Assembly (NCBI GenBank): GCA_043757405.1
Contig: JAYVPI010000001.1
Location: 211,437 to 275,436, forward strand
DNA: 64,000 bases
Direction of reading: 5' to 3'
DNA from: Alphaproteobacteria bacterium
GTDB taxonomy: Bacteria > Pseudomonadota > Alphaproteobacteria > Rickettsiales > 21-14-0-20-44-7
The notes beneath the pieces were generated by a model. It saw only the letters and a program-made list of their open reading frames with translations. It was not told the origin of the DNA and searched no databases. This document shows, in pieces, positions 28,602 through 39,229 of this stretch. The position numbers and the translations under genes were made by a program. The stretch's first letter is position 1. Every line of letters begins with the position of its first letter.

Positions 28602-31130
28602 CTACTCGATCATTTTCCGCCACCAGCCTTTGCGATTATCAGAAGGCTTCGCTGAGCCGCCTTCTTCACCGGCATGGGCGACTTCTTTGACCGGTTTTTC
28701 ACGGTAGCCTTGCGGGCTTTCCTCGCCGGTGCTTACCTGGGTTTGCCTGGCTGGGCGTTGCGGGCGTGCGCTTTTCTTTTTCTCCGGCGCAAAGCTCATG
28801 CGAACTGGTTTGCCTGGCTCGAAATGTGTGACGGCGGGGACATCTGCGATGACTTTACTGCTACCGCGTCTTGGTGATGCTGCCTCAACTTCGATTTTTT
28901 CACCCGGGAGTTCGTGCGCGTGGTCATGCTGCTGTTGCGGCTGGCGTTCGCCACGATCTCGGCTGCGATTGCGATTTCTGCTGCGGTTGCGGTTGCGGCG
29001 GTTGCCTCCGCGGCGTTCGCGGTTTTCGTTGAAGCCAACTTCTTCCACGTTTTGCGGACGGGTTTCGCCACCTTCGTTTTCCATGGTCTGGATTTCGTTT
29101 TCAATAAATTTATCATCAGAAACTTGTCCGCTGGACTTGCGCCCGCCGCGATCGCGGTCACGGCCTCGGTCACGCCCACCACGGCTGCGCTTGCCTTTTT
29201 CACCGCGCGATTGCGGCAAGCGGGAAGTATCCCGGTCATCGGATGAAACGGAGCGTGATTTACCGCCTGCGGAATCTTCCAATTGGATACGGAAGGCGGC
29301 TGGGCTCATTTCGGCGACGTCGAGGACTAGTTCAAAACTATATTTGGATTCCAGTTCCGCGATATGTTTCCGTTTATTGTTCAGGAAATATAGACCGAGG
29401 GAAGCCGCGGTTGTGACTATTACGCGGCCAATTTGTACTCCCTGCTCTTGCGCGACTGCCAATTCGTTTTCAATTGAACGGGCGAGTTGTATCATTGCGG
29501 AATCGTTGGAGCGGATGATGCCAGCACCTTTGCAGGTTGGGCATTCGACCATGTTGATTTCGGTGAGTGATGGGCGCAGGCGCTGGCGCGACATTTCCAT
29601 CAAACCAAATGGGGAAATTCTGCCAACTTGGATTTTGGCACGATCGGAGCGCAGCGCGTCTTTCAAATTGCGCTCGACATTGCGGCGATGGCGTGAATCC
29701 ATCATATCGATAAAGTCGATGACGATAAGTCCGGCCAAATCGCGCAGGCGGAGTTGCCTTGCAATTTCATGCGCGGCTTCGATATTAGTGCGCGTGGCAG
29801 TATCTTCGACATTACGCTCCCCAGTGGCGCGTCCGGAGTTGACGTCGATGGCGATCAAAGCTTCGGTAGTGTTGATGACGATATAACCGCCGTTTGGCAA
29901 AGTGACCATCGGATCATTCATCGAGGCAAGATGGCGTTCGATGTTATATTTGTTGAAGATCGGAACCGGCTCTTCGTATTGAACAATTTTTTTGACATGC
30001 GTGGGCATGATCAGCTTCATAAAATCGCGGGCAGTCTCGAAGGCTTTTTGGCCGGCGACTAATACTTCCTCGACATCGCTATTATAAAAATCGCGCAAGC
30101 CGCGTTTGATCATGTTGCCTTCTTCATGCACCAGTGCGGGTGCGGACGAAACAAGTGTATCTTCGCGGATTTTATTCCAGAGTTTGATGAGATAAGTATA
30201 ATCACGCGTAATATCTGCTTTAGTGCGGCCCATACCGTTGGTGCGGACGATCAGGCTCATTCCATCTTTTAACTCTAAACCTTCGATTGTTTCTTTGAGT
30301 TTCCGGCGTTCTTTGACGTCGTTGATTTTGCGCGATACGCCACCACCGCGATTTGTGTTTGGCATAAGCACGCAATAGCGTCCCGGCAATGAAATATAGC
30401 TGGTAACGGAAGCGCCTTTATTGCCGCGCTCTTCTTTGATTACTTGAATCAGGACAATTTGGTTTTTCTTGATTACTTCTTGGATTTTGTAACGGCGGAT
30501 ATTGGCGCGGCGTGGGCGCTCGTACACTTCGTCATTGCCTAAATCCTCGATACCTTCCTGGCTGCCGGATTGTAATTGCTGCTCTTCACCCTCGTGGTGA
30601 TGCTCGGAATTTTCCGCTTCTTCGGCGGAAGTTAGCGGAAGGATTTGCTCGTTTATTGAAAGTTCCTCTTCCTGCGGCAGAACTAAATCTTCCGGAACTA
30701 TATGCGCTTCGTCATCATGTTCAATTTCGCTGATTTCTTCGGATACTGCGACTTCTTCGATGCCACTATCGTTTCTTGCCTCGCGGCCACTGCGTGACTC
30801 ACGCTCGATTTCGGCTTCAACCTGGCGGTTTTCAGCTTCACGCTCTTCGGCTTGGGCGCGTAATAAATCTTGCTTATCAGCAACTGGAATCTGGTAATAA
30901 TCCGGGTGAATCTCTGAAAATGGCAAAAAGCCCTGGCGGCCGGAACCATATTCGACAAATGCGGCCTGAAGCGAAGGCTCAACCCTCGTTACTTTTGCCA
31001 GATATATATTGCCTTTATTTTGCTTCTTAAAACTGGATTCTATATCAAATTCGATTAAAGCATCATCATCCGCGATTGCCAGACGAGTTTCTTCTTCGTG
31101 GAGGCCATCCACCAGCATACGTAAAGTCAT
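28602..31130 (-). CDS. rne: Ribonuclease E (Rne/Rng family)
   Basis: The S1 domain (GNIYLAKVTRVEPSLQAAFVEYG) and catalytic core are present. The C-terminal half is Arg-rich, with an acidic insert. Confidence 0.9.
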   Translation of the reverse strand: MTLRMLVDGLHEEETRLAIADDDALIEFDIESSFKKQNKGNIYLAKVTRVEPSLQAAFVEYGSGRQGFLPFSEIHPDYYQIPVADKQDLLRAQAEEREAENRQVEAEIERESRSGREARNDSGIEEVAVSEEISEIEHDDEAHIVPEDLVLPQEEELSINEQILPLTSAEEAENSEHHHEGEEQQLQSGSQEGIEDLGNDEVYERPRRANIRRYKIQEVIKKNQIVLIQVIKEERGNKGASVTSYISLPGRYCVLMPNTNRGGGVSRKINDVKERRKLKETIEGLELKDGMSLIVRTNGMGRTKADITRDYTYLIKLWNKIREDTLVSSAPALVHEEGNMIKRGLRDFYNSDVEEVLVAGQKAFETARDFMKLIMPTHVKKIVQYEEPVPIFNKYNIERHLASMNDPMVTLPNGGYIVINTTEALIAIDVNSGRATGERNVEDTATRTNIEAAHEIARQLRLRDLAGLIVIDFIDMMDSRHRRNVERNLKDALRSDRAKIQVGRISPFGLMEMSRQRLRPSLTEINMVECPTCKGAGIIRSNDSAMIQLARSIENELAVAQEQGVQIGRVIVTTAASLGLYFLNNKRKHIAELESKYSFELVLDVAEMSPAAFRIQLEDSAGGKSRSVSSDDRDTSRLPQSRGEKGKRSRGGRDRGRDRDRGGRKSSGQVSDDKFIENEIQTMENEGGETRPQNVEEVGFNENRERRGGNRRNRNRSRNRNRSRDRGERQPQQQHDHAHELPGEKIEVEAASPRRGSSKVIADVPAVTHFEPGKPVRMSFAPEKKKSARPQRPARQTQVSTGEESPQGYREKPVKEVAHAGEEGGSAKPSDNRKGWWRKMIE

Positions 31131-31377
31131 GTTTATTCCTTAAATTGTAAAAAGGCGCAGCGGGCAAATCAATGCATATATATGTGTGAAGACCCGTCAT
31201 TTGCGACCTAAAGTTGAAATTTCCTATATTCTCCGGTTTACCGGCGGCTCTTATAATTGCAGGTTTGCCCCCCCAATTGCAAGAAGAGTTTTATATTTCT
31301 TCGTTCTGTTAACCGTTTCTTAGAAATTATGGGTCATTATAGAATAAATTTAATTAAAATTTAATTGGTAGGCCCTT

Positions 31378-31830
31378 ATGAAACAGATCCTTATTGAAAA
31401 CATCCTCTACATCGAACGCCTCCACCGCCGGTTTTTGGACGTTATCAAGGCCGAATTGGATCGCTTGCGGGTTGATGATATCAACAACGTGCAAACGCTT
31501 ATTTTATATAACATAAGCTCTGAGCGCATGACCATTTCCGAGTTGACCAATCGCGGTTATTATTTAGGCTCAAACGTATCATATAACATCAAAAAACTGG
31601 TCGAAAACGGCTATTTAATACAAGAAAAATCCCCCCACGATAAACGCGCCGTCCGCATCAAGCTTTCTGAAAAAGGCCTGGAACTGACTGGCAAAATCGA
31701 TGCTTTCCTGGAACGATCAGTAGTCGTTATGAAAGACATGGGCGTGAAGGAACAGGAAATGGGCGATACCAGCAAAGTATTACGCAAAGTTGAGCGCTTC
31801 TTGAGCGATTTGTTGGCTAATGTAGTGTAG
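31378..31830 (+). CDS. MarR-like winged-helix transcriptional regulator
   Basis: The 150-aa product has a wHTH-like centre (ISELTNRGYYLGSNVSYNIKKLVENGYL...DKRAVRIKLSEKG). Confidence 0.6.
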   Translation: MKQILIENILYIERLHRRFLDVIKAELDRLRVDDINNVQTLILYNISSERMTISELTNRGYYLGSNVSYNIKKLVENGYLIQEKSPHDKRAVRIKLSEKGLELTGKIDAFLERSVVVMKDMGVKEQEMGDTSKVLRKVERFLSDLLANVV

Positions 31831-31850
31831 TAATTTTTCTAAGAGGGTCC

Positions 31851-32603
31851 GTGTCCAGCAGAAAAGGATTTACACTTGTTGAACTGGCTATTGTATTAGT
31901 CATAGTCGGCTTACTAATTGGTGGCATACTTGCAGCACAAAGCATGTCAGGAACTGCAAAAGTTACGGCTCAGGTTAAGCAAATCCAACAGTTTGATATA
32001 GCAGTCACCAATTTTAAAACCAATTATGGCGGCCTTCCAGGAGATACAGCCAAAATCTCGCCTGGCACAGCTAATGGCGATGGATTAATAGACGTAACTA
32101 ATTGCTGCGGCGGCCAGGAGTGGATGACCAACGAAAACGGTTATTTTTGGACGCAGCTAACTACAACACAAATGTTCAACGACACCCATTCATATACAAG
32201 TGGCTGGTGTTCTACTGCTTCTTGGCCAAGCACATGCGCCCCGACTAGCCCTTTGAATCCTAAAGCCGGCACAGTTGCTTATGGTATAACATCACTGAAT
32301 AAAAATTATTACAATATAGTCTGCGGCAATTCATCCAACTACTTTGCCCAATGTCCGTCAATTAATCCGGTTGATGCGTTAGCCTTAGATAGCAAAATGG
32401 ACGATGGAGATCCGAGCGCCGGTACGGTCGTGGCTAGAAATGGCCCCGACTCGCAAACGACGACATTAGGAAACGGTTGGTGGAATGATAACTGCACCGC
32501 TGTATCAGGAAAATACAATGTTAGCGGCACAACAGGTTATATAACTGCTGCAGTTAAATGTAACATGCGGATCGAAATGCTGGCACAGACTGGGCAGCAA
32601 TAA
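31851..32603 (+). CDS. Prepilin-type N-terminal cleavage/methylation domain protein (pilin/pseudopilin-like)
   Basis: The GTG start follows AAGAGGG. The N-terminus is KGFTLVELAIVLVIVGLLIGG and the C-domain is rich in Cys and Trp. Confidence 0.65.
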   Translation: MSSRKGFTLVELAIVLVIVGLLIGGILAAQSMSGTAKVTAQVKQIQQFDIAVTNFKTNYGGLPGDTAKISPGTANGDGLIDVTNCCGGQEWMTNENGYFWTQLTTTQMFNDTHSYTSGWCSTASWPSTCAPTSPLNPKAGTVAYGITSLNKNYYNIVCGNSSNYFAQCPSINPVDALALDSKMDDGDPSAGTVVARNGPDSQTTTLGNGWWNDNCTAVSGKYNVSGTTGYITAAVKCNMRIEMLAQTGQQ

Positions 32604-32706
32604 GAAATGCATATATAAGAGGCGCTTAAAACGTCTAAATTTTACCCTCTTGCATTGCACAAAATTAGGCGTATTATGCGCGCGATTTAGTCACTTTTAA
32701 TGGCAA

Positions 32707-34683
32707 ATGATAGAATTTAAAAAATTGCGGGATCGACTTTTAGGCCCGCCGCGTGATCCTTTCAGCAAAGACACAAGACATAAGATAAGCCTTGCGATTT
32801 TCCTTGCCTGGGTCGGACTTGGCGCGGATGGTCTTTCGTCATCATGCTATGGCCCGCAGGAAGCATTTATCGCGCTGGGTGAGCATTCAAGCCTCGCCTT
32901 TTATCTGGCAGTCGCAACTGTAATTACCGTTTTCATCATTTCATTTGCCTATATGCAAGTGATCGAACTTTTCCCCAATGGCGGCGGCGGATATCAAGTG
33001 GCGACCAAATTACTTGGGCCATATGCGGGGCTACTTTCCGGCTCGGCATTAATTGTTGATTATGTCCTCACCATCTCAATTTCCATCGCCAGCGGTATCG
33101 ATGCATTGTTCAGCCTTTTTCCCGAAGTCCCCCATGTTTATAAAATTGTGCTATCGGTCGGGATAATTTTGGGCATGGTTTATCTGAACCTGCGCGGCAT
33201 TAAAGAATCGATCAAAATCCTTATGCCGATTTTCCTCGGCTTCGTGGTTACGCATGTATTCTTAATTTTATGGGGAATTTTCGCGCATCGCACGGCAGTG
33301 CCGGAGATGATTCCGAATGCGATCCACGAAACCACAACTCTCGGTGCGACGATGGGGTGGATATTTGTGGTTACATTATTGATGAAGGCGATTTCTCTCG
33401 GCGGCGGAACCTACACCGGTTTGGAAGCTGTATCTAATAATGTCGGTACAATTGAGGAGCCGCGGGTTCGTAATAGCAAGCTGACGATGCTATTAGTCGC
33501 CTGCTCATTGGCCTTTATGGCGGCGGGTATAATTACACTTTATTTAATTTGGAATGTAAAATACGTCCCCGGAGAAACGCTTAACGCAACCGTGTTCGGC
33601 GCCATCATGCAAAACTGGAATATCGGCGGTTTCGAACTCAAAACCATCCTCCTCCCGATAGTATTGTTCCTCGAAACCGGACTTTTATTCGTTGCCGCCA
33701 ATACCGGATTTATCACCGGCCCAATCGTATTGGCGAAAATGGCGACGGACAAATGGATGCCGGATTCCTTCTCTGCACTTTCCAGCCGCCTGGTTACCAA
33801 AAACGGCGTTATGCTGATGGGAGCCGCGGCAATCGGGGTGATTTTGGCGACTAATGGCCGCGTTTCGACCCTCGTCGTATTATATTCCATCAACGTATTC
33901 ATCACCTTCTCCCTCTCCTTCCTCGGACTGATGAAACACTGGCTTGGACGCCACCGCAAGAAAATCAGCATCGGTAAATGGTTCGTGAAGTTCACCTTGG
34001 CCCTACTCGGTTTTATCATGGCCACCGGCATCCTCATCATCACTATAGTCGAAAAATTCGGCACTGGCGGCTGGCTGACAATTTTGATTACTAGTTTCGT
34101 GGTTTATATCGGGTTGTCCATCCGCAAAAGTTATCGTCAACTTTCCAACCGCCTCAATAAATCGGAATGCAAGGTTGAGATCGGTGAGAAAAAAGATCCG
34201 CGCCATACTCCGCATATCCACCACGAAAAACCGACAGCAGTATTTATTCTTGATTCAAATGTCGGCAGCACGACTTACGCCGCGGAATGGGTGCACAAAA
34301 CATTCCCCGGAATTTATAAAAACTTCGTTTTCGTCGGTGTCGGCGAAGTAGATTCGGATAATTTTACCGAAGATGAAGTTTGGGAAAAGCAAAAGCGCGA
34401 TATCAAGCAGAAGCTGCGCTACTTCGTGAACCATTGGCACAATCTTGATGTTGCCTCGACTTCATATATTTCCTACGGAACGGATATCGTAGAAAAAGTC
34501 AGCGAACTCGCCGGTAAAATCGCCCATGATTTCCCGAATTCAGTTTTCTTCGCCACAAAAATGGTGATCAAGGATGAGAACTTCTTTACGCAGATGCTGT
34601 ACAACGAAACCAGCTATATCATCCAACGCCGCCTGCATAATACCGGACATACGATGATTATTATTCCGATGAATTTGCAGTAA
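32707..34683 (+). CDS. APC-superfamily permease with C-terminal soluble domain
   Basis: About 12 predicted TM segments over the first ~470 aa, then a ~180-aa hydrophilic tail. Confidence 0.6.
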   Translation: MIEFKKLRDRLLGPPRDPFSKDTRHKISLAIFLAWVGLGADGLSSSCYGPQEAFIALGEHSSLAFYLAVATVITVFIISFAYMQVIELFPNGGGGYQVATKLLGPYAGLLSGSALIVDYVLTISISIASGIDALFSLFPEVPHVYKIVLSVGIILGMVYLNLRGIKESIKILMPIFLGFVVTHVFLILWGIFAHRTAVPEMIPNAIHETTTLGATMGWIFVVTLLMKAISLGGGTYTGLEAVSNNVGTIEEPRVRNSKLTMLLVACSLAFMAAGIITLYLIWNVKYVPGETLNATVFGAIMQNWNIGGFELKTILLPIVLFLETGLLFVAANTGFITGPIVLAKMATDKWMPDSFSALSSRLVTKNGVMLMGAAAIGVILATNGRVSTLVVLYSINVFITFSLSFLGLMKHWLGRHRKKISIGKWFVKFTLALLGFIMATGILIITIVEKFGTGGWLTILITSFVVYIGLSIRKSYRQLSNRLNKSECKVEIGEKKDPRHTPHIHHEKPTAVFILDSNVGSTTYAAEWVHKTFPGIYKNFVFVGVGEVDSDNFTEDEVWEKQKRDIKQKLRYFVNHWHNLDVASTSYISYGTDIVEKVSELAGKIAHDFPNSVFFATKMVIKDENFFTQMLYNETSYIIQRRLHNTGHTMIIIPMNLQ

Positions 34684-34699
34684 TATCCCTATGCTACAT

Positions 34700-34763
34700 G
34701 TCATCCTGCGACTTGATCGCAGGATCTCTTAGAGAAGACCCTATGGTCAAGCCATAGGATGAC
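34700..34763. repeat. GTCATCC...GGATGAC palindromic element, intergenic
   Basis: GTCATCCTGCGACTTGATCGCAGGATC...CCTATGGTCAAGCCATAGGATGAC. The left module is identical to the one in dnaE (42660). Confidence 0.85.
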
Positions 34764-34769
34764 GTATAT

Positions 34770-35417
34770 TTATGATTGAGATTTAAAGCCGATCGCGACA
34801 ATAAACGTCTCCGCTGAGTCCTTACGGCTGGCTTCCGGCTTTATGAACTTTACCTTATCATAATATTTATGCAGTTCTTTGGCGAATCCCTGTTCCTCGC
34901 CGCCTTGCAGAATTTTGGTTAGGAAGATGCCGCCCGTTCTCGTGTTTTCTAGAGCGAATTGCAGCGCCGTTTCCACCAATTCCATAATGCGCAAATGGTC
35001 CGTGTTGGGATAACCGCTGGAGGCTGCGGCCATATCAGAGATTACGGCGTCATATTTGCCGGAAATTAATGGGAGGATAGCGTCGTCAAGAAAATCGCCT
35101 TTGATAAAGCGCACGCCGGTAATCGGCTCCACATCCAGGAGATCGATAGCGGTGACGAGGCAACCGAGCTTCGCCGCATATTGGCTCCAGCCGCCGGGCG
35201 CGGAGCCAAGATCCATAACTTTCATGCCTTTTTTAATGACATGGGTTTTTTCGTTTATATCGATTAGTTTATAGACTGCGCGGCTGCGATAACCATCAAT
35301 CTTAGCCTGCCGCACAAACGGATCATTAAGCTGCCGCTCGAGCCATAACTTGGAGCTCATTTTGCGGCCTTTAGCGGTTTTAACGCGGGTCTTCTCGTTG
35401 CGTCCTGAGGTTTTCAT
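34770..35417 (-). CDS. rlmE: 23S rRNA (uridine2552-2'-O)-methyltransferase RlmE/FtsJ
   Basis: Contains RSRAVYKLIDINEK and DLGSAPGGWSQ. Confidence 0.9.
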   Translation of the reverse strand: MKTSGRNEKTRVKTAKGRKMSSKLWLERQLNDPFVRQAKIDGYRSRAVYKLIDINEKTHVIKKGMKVMDLGSAPGGWSQYAAKLGCLVTAIDLLDVEPITGVRFIKGDFLDDAILPLISGKYDAVISDMAAASSGYPNTDHLRIMELVETALQFALENTRTGGIFLTKILQGGEEQGFAKELHKYYDKVKFIKPEASRKDSAETFIVAIGFKSQS

Positions 35418-35848
35418 GGCTGGCGCACCTTGCCCGCCAGTTCCGGCATGACGCGGATAAAATCTTTTTCATTCAGCGTATAGATATTATCCGCCTGCGC
35501 TTTTTGCGCCGCATACATATGTATTGCATCATAAACCGCGCCACCGCGGATACCGTTCCTGGCAGCACTGGTTATTATTGTTAGATAATCATCTCCATCC
35601 ATGGAAACCAGGGAGATATTCCGCGTAAGGTCATCAATGATTGCCAAAATTTCCGCATGGGTAAAATATGCGCTAAACCGCCGCGCGCTCAAGACATTAT
35701 AAAACTCAGCCAGGCTATGCTGGCTGATAAAAGTATTTTTCTTGTTTGCCCGGGAAATTATCAACCCGCATATTTTGGAATGCGGGTTCATTTCATCAAG
35801 CGCCGCGATCAGGATCGAGGTGTCCAAGTAATTTATCTGTTCTTTCAT
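35414..35848 (-). CDS. vapC: PIN-domain toxin VapC
   Basis: Contains YLDTSILI (Asp), AEF (Glu), VYDAIH (Asp) and TLNEKDF. The stop overlaps the rlmE ATG (ATGA). Confidence 0.8.
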   Translation of the reverse strand: MKEQINYLDTSILIAALDEMNPHSKICGLIISRANKKNTFISQHSLAEFYNVLSARRFSAYFTHAEILAIIDDLTRNISLVSMDGDDYLTIITSAARNGIRGGAVYDAIHMYAAQKAQADNIYTLNEKDFIRVMPELAGKVRQP

Positions 35849-36083
35849 CGCGGGCTTCTTTTAAATAATCCGTCATATCAGTAGGGCTGCCTGATTTACG
35901 CTTCAACAGCCACCAGTTGCCGTTCCTTACCAATTGCGTGGCTTCCTTAATCGGGCGGAGAATTATCTCCTCGCCGTTAAAAATCGTATCCAGCTTGGTA
36001 GCTTCATTAATTCCCAGCGCATCACGCATGGTTTTAGGAATCACCACCCGTCCGGCTTTATCTATATGAGTCTCAACTTGCAT
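35796..36083 (-). CDS. vapB: AbrB/SpoVT-type antitoxin VapB
   Basis: N-terminus MQVETHIDKAGRVVIPKTMRDALGI. The gene overlaps the vapC start. Confidence 0.7.
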   Translation of the reverse strand: MQVETHIDKAGRVVIPKTMRDALGINEATKLDTIFNGEEIILRPIKEATQLVRNGNWWLLKRKSGSPTDMTDYLKEARDERTDKLLGHLDPDRGA

Positions 36084-36123
36084 AATGGTATTTTACAATA
36101 CCATTTACCATTTGTCAATGGTA
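36084..36123 (-). promoter_or_regulatory. Candidate VapB operator: four AATGGTA half-sites as two adjacent palindromes
   Basis: AATGGTAT-tttaca-ATACCATT and TACCATT-tgtc-AATGGTA lie immediately upstream of the vapB ATG. Confidence 0.5.
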
Positions 36124-36158
36124 TTTAGCGTTAAGCCTGCCATAACCTTATTTAACCG

Positions 36159-38381
36159 CTAATACCCAAATTTATTATTTCGTGGAAATCCCTGCGGCGG
36201 CATTTTGCCTGCGGTGCCGCGATCGGCAACCCAGGTGGCGAGAGAGGTTTCGGTCGTGGTGCCGTTGCCGAATTTATAAGTTAAGCCCGCAGAGCGTTTG
36301 AAAGTTATAACATCAGCAAGTTTGCCGTCTTTATATTTCTGCAAAGATATACCCGTACCGCGTTTCATTTCCGGCAAGGCAGTGATCGCGAAAATCAACA
36401 TTTTGCGGTTATTTCCTATTACGGCGATATGATCATGGTCAGCGCCCATTTCCGTCGCCTTAACCGCGCGGTCCCCCTCCTTGACGTTCAAAATCTGTTT
36501 GCCGTTCTTAGTCTGCGCCACAACATCATCAGCCGGCACGATAAATCCTTTGCCGCTTTCTGCCGCAACCAGTATTTTCGTGCCTGGCTTATAAATTAAT
36601 AAATTTTGCAAATCTTCCTGCTGCGCCATATCAACTTGTACTGAAAGCGGCTCGCCGAAGCCTTTGCCTGGCGGGAGTTTGTCGCAGCCGATGGTGTAAA
36701 ATTTTCCAGTGGATGAGAAGACCAGCAACTTATCGGTGGTTTTTGCGCGGATCACGAAGCGCTCTTCGTCGCCTTCCTTATATTTGGCATCGGAAACATC
36801 TTCCTTGTGGCCCTTCAACGCGCGGATCCAGCCCTTATCGGAGCAGAGGATGGTGATCGGCTCGCTTTCCACGAAGGCTTGGATATCGACGACTACACCA
36901 ACAGGTTCCTTGCCAAGTTTGGTACGGCGTTTGCCCAGTTCGGTATCTTTGCCGAAACGATCGCGGATTCCTTGGAGTTCAGTGCTGATGAGTTTTTTGC
37001 GCTTTTTTTCATCATTGACAATTTCCTGCAATGCCGCCTGCTCTTCCATCAATGCTTTTTTCTCGGCCTTGATTTCAAATTCTTCCAAACGGCGTAAATT
37101 GCGAAGGCGTAAGTTAAGGATGCTTTCGGCCTGGAGATCAGTGATTTTGAATTTCTTCATCAATACCGGCTTCGGCTCATCCTGCTCGCGGATGATTTTG
37201 ATCAGTTCGTCAATATTCAAATATGCGACCAATAGCCCACCCAGGATTTCCAAGCGGCGGGCGATTTCGGCAAGGCGGTTATTAGAGCGGCGCAAAACTA
37301 CATTGTTGCGGTGCGCGAGGAAATCTTCCAGCGCTTCCTTGATATTCATCACGCGCGGAACGCCTTTGATGTCGATGACGTTTAGGTTTAATGATATGCG
37401 TTTCTCGAATTCGGTGAGCTTGAACACCGATTCCATCAGCATTTCCGGCTCAACCTGGCGGTTACGAGGCTCAAGTACAATGCGGATTTCCTCGGATGAT
37501 TCGTCGCGGAAGTTGCCGAGTAATGGCAGTTTTTTGGCGAAATACAATTCAGCGAATTTCTCGATCAGTTTATCTTTTTGGACTTGGTAAGGAATCTGCG
37601 TAATGACGATTTGATATGTGCCGTGTGACAATTCCTCTTTCTTCCACTTCGAGCGAATGCGGAAACCGCCGCGGCCGGTCTTATATGCTTCACGCATACT
37701 GGCGCGGCTTTCAATTATTATACCGCCTGTTGGAAGGTCAGGCCCCTGCACTATCTTGCAGATATCCTCGATCGTCGTGGCTTTGCTTTTGAGCAACGCT
37801 TGCGCGGCCTCACACAACTCGTCCAGATTATGCGGCGGAATCGAAGTCGCCATGCCCACTGCGATACCGTCGGAACCATTAGCCAAAAGATTCGGGAAAG
37901 TGGCTGGCATTACTACCGGCTCCTCTTCCGAGCCATCGTAGGTTGGAGAAAAATCCACCGTATCGCGGTGAATGTCGCGCAATAACTCCATCGCTATCGG
38001 CGTCAGCCGCGCCTCGGTATAACGCATGGCGGCGGCGTTATCACCGTCGATCGAGCCGAAATTGCCCTGTCCTTCCACCAACGGATAACGAACTGCGAAA
38101 TTTTGTGCGAGGCGAACCATCGCATCATAAACGGAAATATCGCCATGCGGGTGGTATTTACCGATTACGTCACCAACAACGCGGGCGCATTTTTTGAAGC
38201 CGGTTTCGGGGTTAAGCTTCAACTGCTGCATCGCATAAAGCAAACGGCGGTGAACGGGCTTTAGCCCGTCACGGACATCCGGCAGCGAGCGCGACATGAT
38301 TGTGGACAGAGAATATGCCAAATAGCGCTGCTCAAGAGCGCTTTTAAAACTGACGTCTTCGATGTTCTGTTTAGTTGCCAT
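36159..38381 (-). CDS. parC: DNA topoisomerase IV subunit A
   Basis: KYHPHGD and [10 protein letters not shown] (active-site Tyr) are present. The 740-aa product shows no GyrA-box. Confidence 0.85.
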   Translation of the reverse strand: MATKQNIEDVSFKSALEQRYLAYSLSTIMSRSLPDVRDGLKPVHRRLLYAMQQLKLNPETGFKKCARVVGDVIGKYHPHGDISVYDAMVRLAQNFAVRYPLVEGQGNFGSIDGDNAAAMRYTEARLTPIAMELLRDIHRDTVDFSPTYDGSEEEPVVMPATFPNLLANGSDGIAVGMATSIPPHNLDELCEAAQALLKSKATTIEDICKIVQGPDLPTGGIIIESRASMREAYKTGRGGFRIRSKWKKEELSHGTYQIVITQIPYQVQKDKLIEKFAELYFAKKLPLLGNFRDESSEEIRIVLEPRNRQVEPEMLMESVFKLTEFEKRISLNLNVIDIKGVPRVMNIKEALEDFLAHRNNVVLRRSNNRLAEIARRLEILGGLLVAYLNIDELIKIIREQDEPKPVLMKKFKITDLQAESILNLRLRNLRRLEEFEIKAEKKALMEEQAALQEIVNDEKKRKKLISTELQGIRDRFGKDTELGKRRTKLGKEPVGVVVDIQAFVESEPITILCSDKGWIRALKGHKEDVSDAKYKEGDEERFVIRAKTTDKLLVFSSTGKFYTIGCDKLPPGKGFGEPLSVQVDMAQQEDLQNLLIYKPGTKILVAAESGKGFIVPADDVVAQTKNGKQILNVKEGDRAVKATEMGADHDHIAVIGNNRKMLIFAITALPEMKRGTGISLQKYKDGKLADVITFKRSAGLTYKFGNGTTTETSLATWVADRGTAGKMPPQGFPRNNKFGY

Positions 38382-38439
38382 AAAATATTAATTGTGGGCG
38401 ATTGCATTATGGGCGCCAGCGGCCCGCCTATCTTTAATT

Positions 38440-39192
38440 TCAGGCATAAATGCCAGCTTTTATGCGGGTTTGCAAGTGTTTCTTTACCGCCGAAACAAAC
38501 CGTTCGCGCTCAGCCGGAAGCTTGCGCTCGTGGGGAGTGAACAGGTTTTCGGTAATAAAATAGCCGGTGATTTCCAACGCCGCCATAATCTCCCTGTGAT
38601 CATCCATCTGCCCATCCAGCAGGAATTTTGGCAAAGCAAACAACCGCTCCTCATAACCCTTCGCCCCTTCTGCCGTTACTGCGCGGCCGGTGCGGGGGGA
38701 GATGAATTGCAGACCTTCAGTTTTTCCCGTTACTGCACAGGAGCTTAAGTCCATACCAAAGCCCAGATAACGCAACAGCGCCACTTCCATCCACACATAA
38801 CCAGTCAACCAATTATCCTCGCGGCACATCTCGCGCAAATGGTCATGCAAACAATCATACAAATCATTATACGGATTCCTGTCGATCAGGGCTTTGCGCA
38901 GGAGAGAAGTTAGGCTGAGAAGCGCTAATAACTTCATCTGGTCATGGATAAGTTTTGCGGAGATGGCATCGGTCATTTCGGCGCTGAATGTGCCTAATTG
39001 TTCTTCCAATCGGCCAAACCAGGTGGCAGTGACTACATTCCCGGGCTGATAGATGTTGAGCTTTGCTTTTGACTGGCCGCCGCGTACTAAGCCGGAATAA
39101 AGTCCTTTGGATTGGGCGAAAACTTCCACCAGCAATCCGGACTCGCCGAATTTGCGGTTGGAAAGGATGATCGCTTGCTCAGTCCACTGCAT
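38440..39192 (-). CDS. recO: DNA repair protein RecO
   Basis: The 250-aa product has an OB-fold N-terminus (AIILSNRKFGESGLLVEVF). The gene sits in era-recO synteny. Confidence 0.85.
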   Translation of the reverse strand: MQWTEQAIILSNRKFGESGLLVEVFAQSKGLYSGLVRGGQSKAKLNIYQPGNVVTATWFGRLEEQLGTFSAEMTDAISAKLIHDQMKLLALLSLTSLLRKALIDRNPYNDLYDCLHDHLREMCREDNWLTGYVWMEVALLRYLGFGMDLSSCAVTGKTEGLQFISPRTGRAVTAEGAKGYEERLFALPKFLLDGQMDDHREIMAALEITGYFITENLFTPHERKLPAERERFVSAVKKHLQTRIKAGIYA

Positions 39193-39203
39193 TAGTCACT
39201 CCC

Positions 39204-39229
39204 GTCATCCCCGCTTGCGTGAGGATGAC
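39204..39229. repeat. Minimal GTCATCC-hairpin-GGATGAC element between era and recO
   Basis: The sequence is GTCATCCCCGCTTGCGTGAGGATGAC. Its last base is the first base of the era stop-codon complement. Confidence 0.55.

Noticed and set aside
28900-29250. Short tandem GCGGTT / CGCGAT repeats in rne
   Set aside because: These are codon-level repetition encoding the RNRNRSRNRNRSRDR / RDRGRDRDRGGR Arg-rich RNA-binding segments typical of RNase E C-terminal regions, not an independent repeat element.
28729-29886. 385-aa ORF on the plus strand (with companions at 28914-29246 and 28796-29239)
   Set aside because: It lies entirely antisense to or within rne. The product is low-complexity (Arg/Ser/Pro-rich), as expected for the shadow frame of the Arg-rich RNase E C-terminal region. 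It has no independent start context.
36709-37590. 293-aa ORF antisense to parC
   Set aside because: It is a shadow ORF of a strongly supported gene. The product is Ser/Arg-rich and low-complexity, with no motifs.
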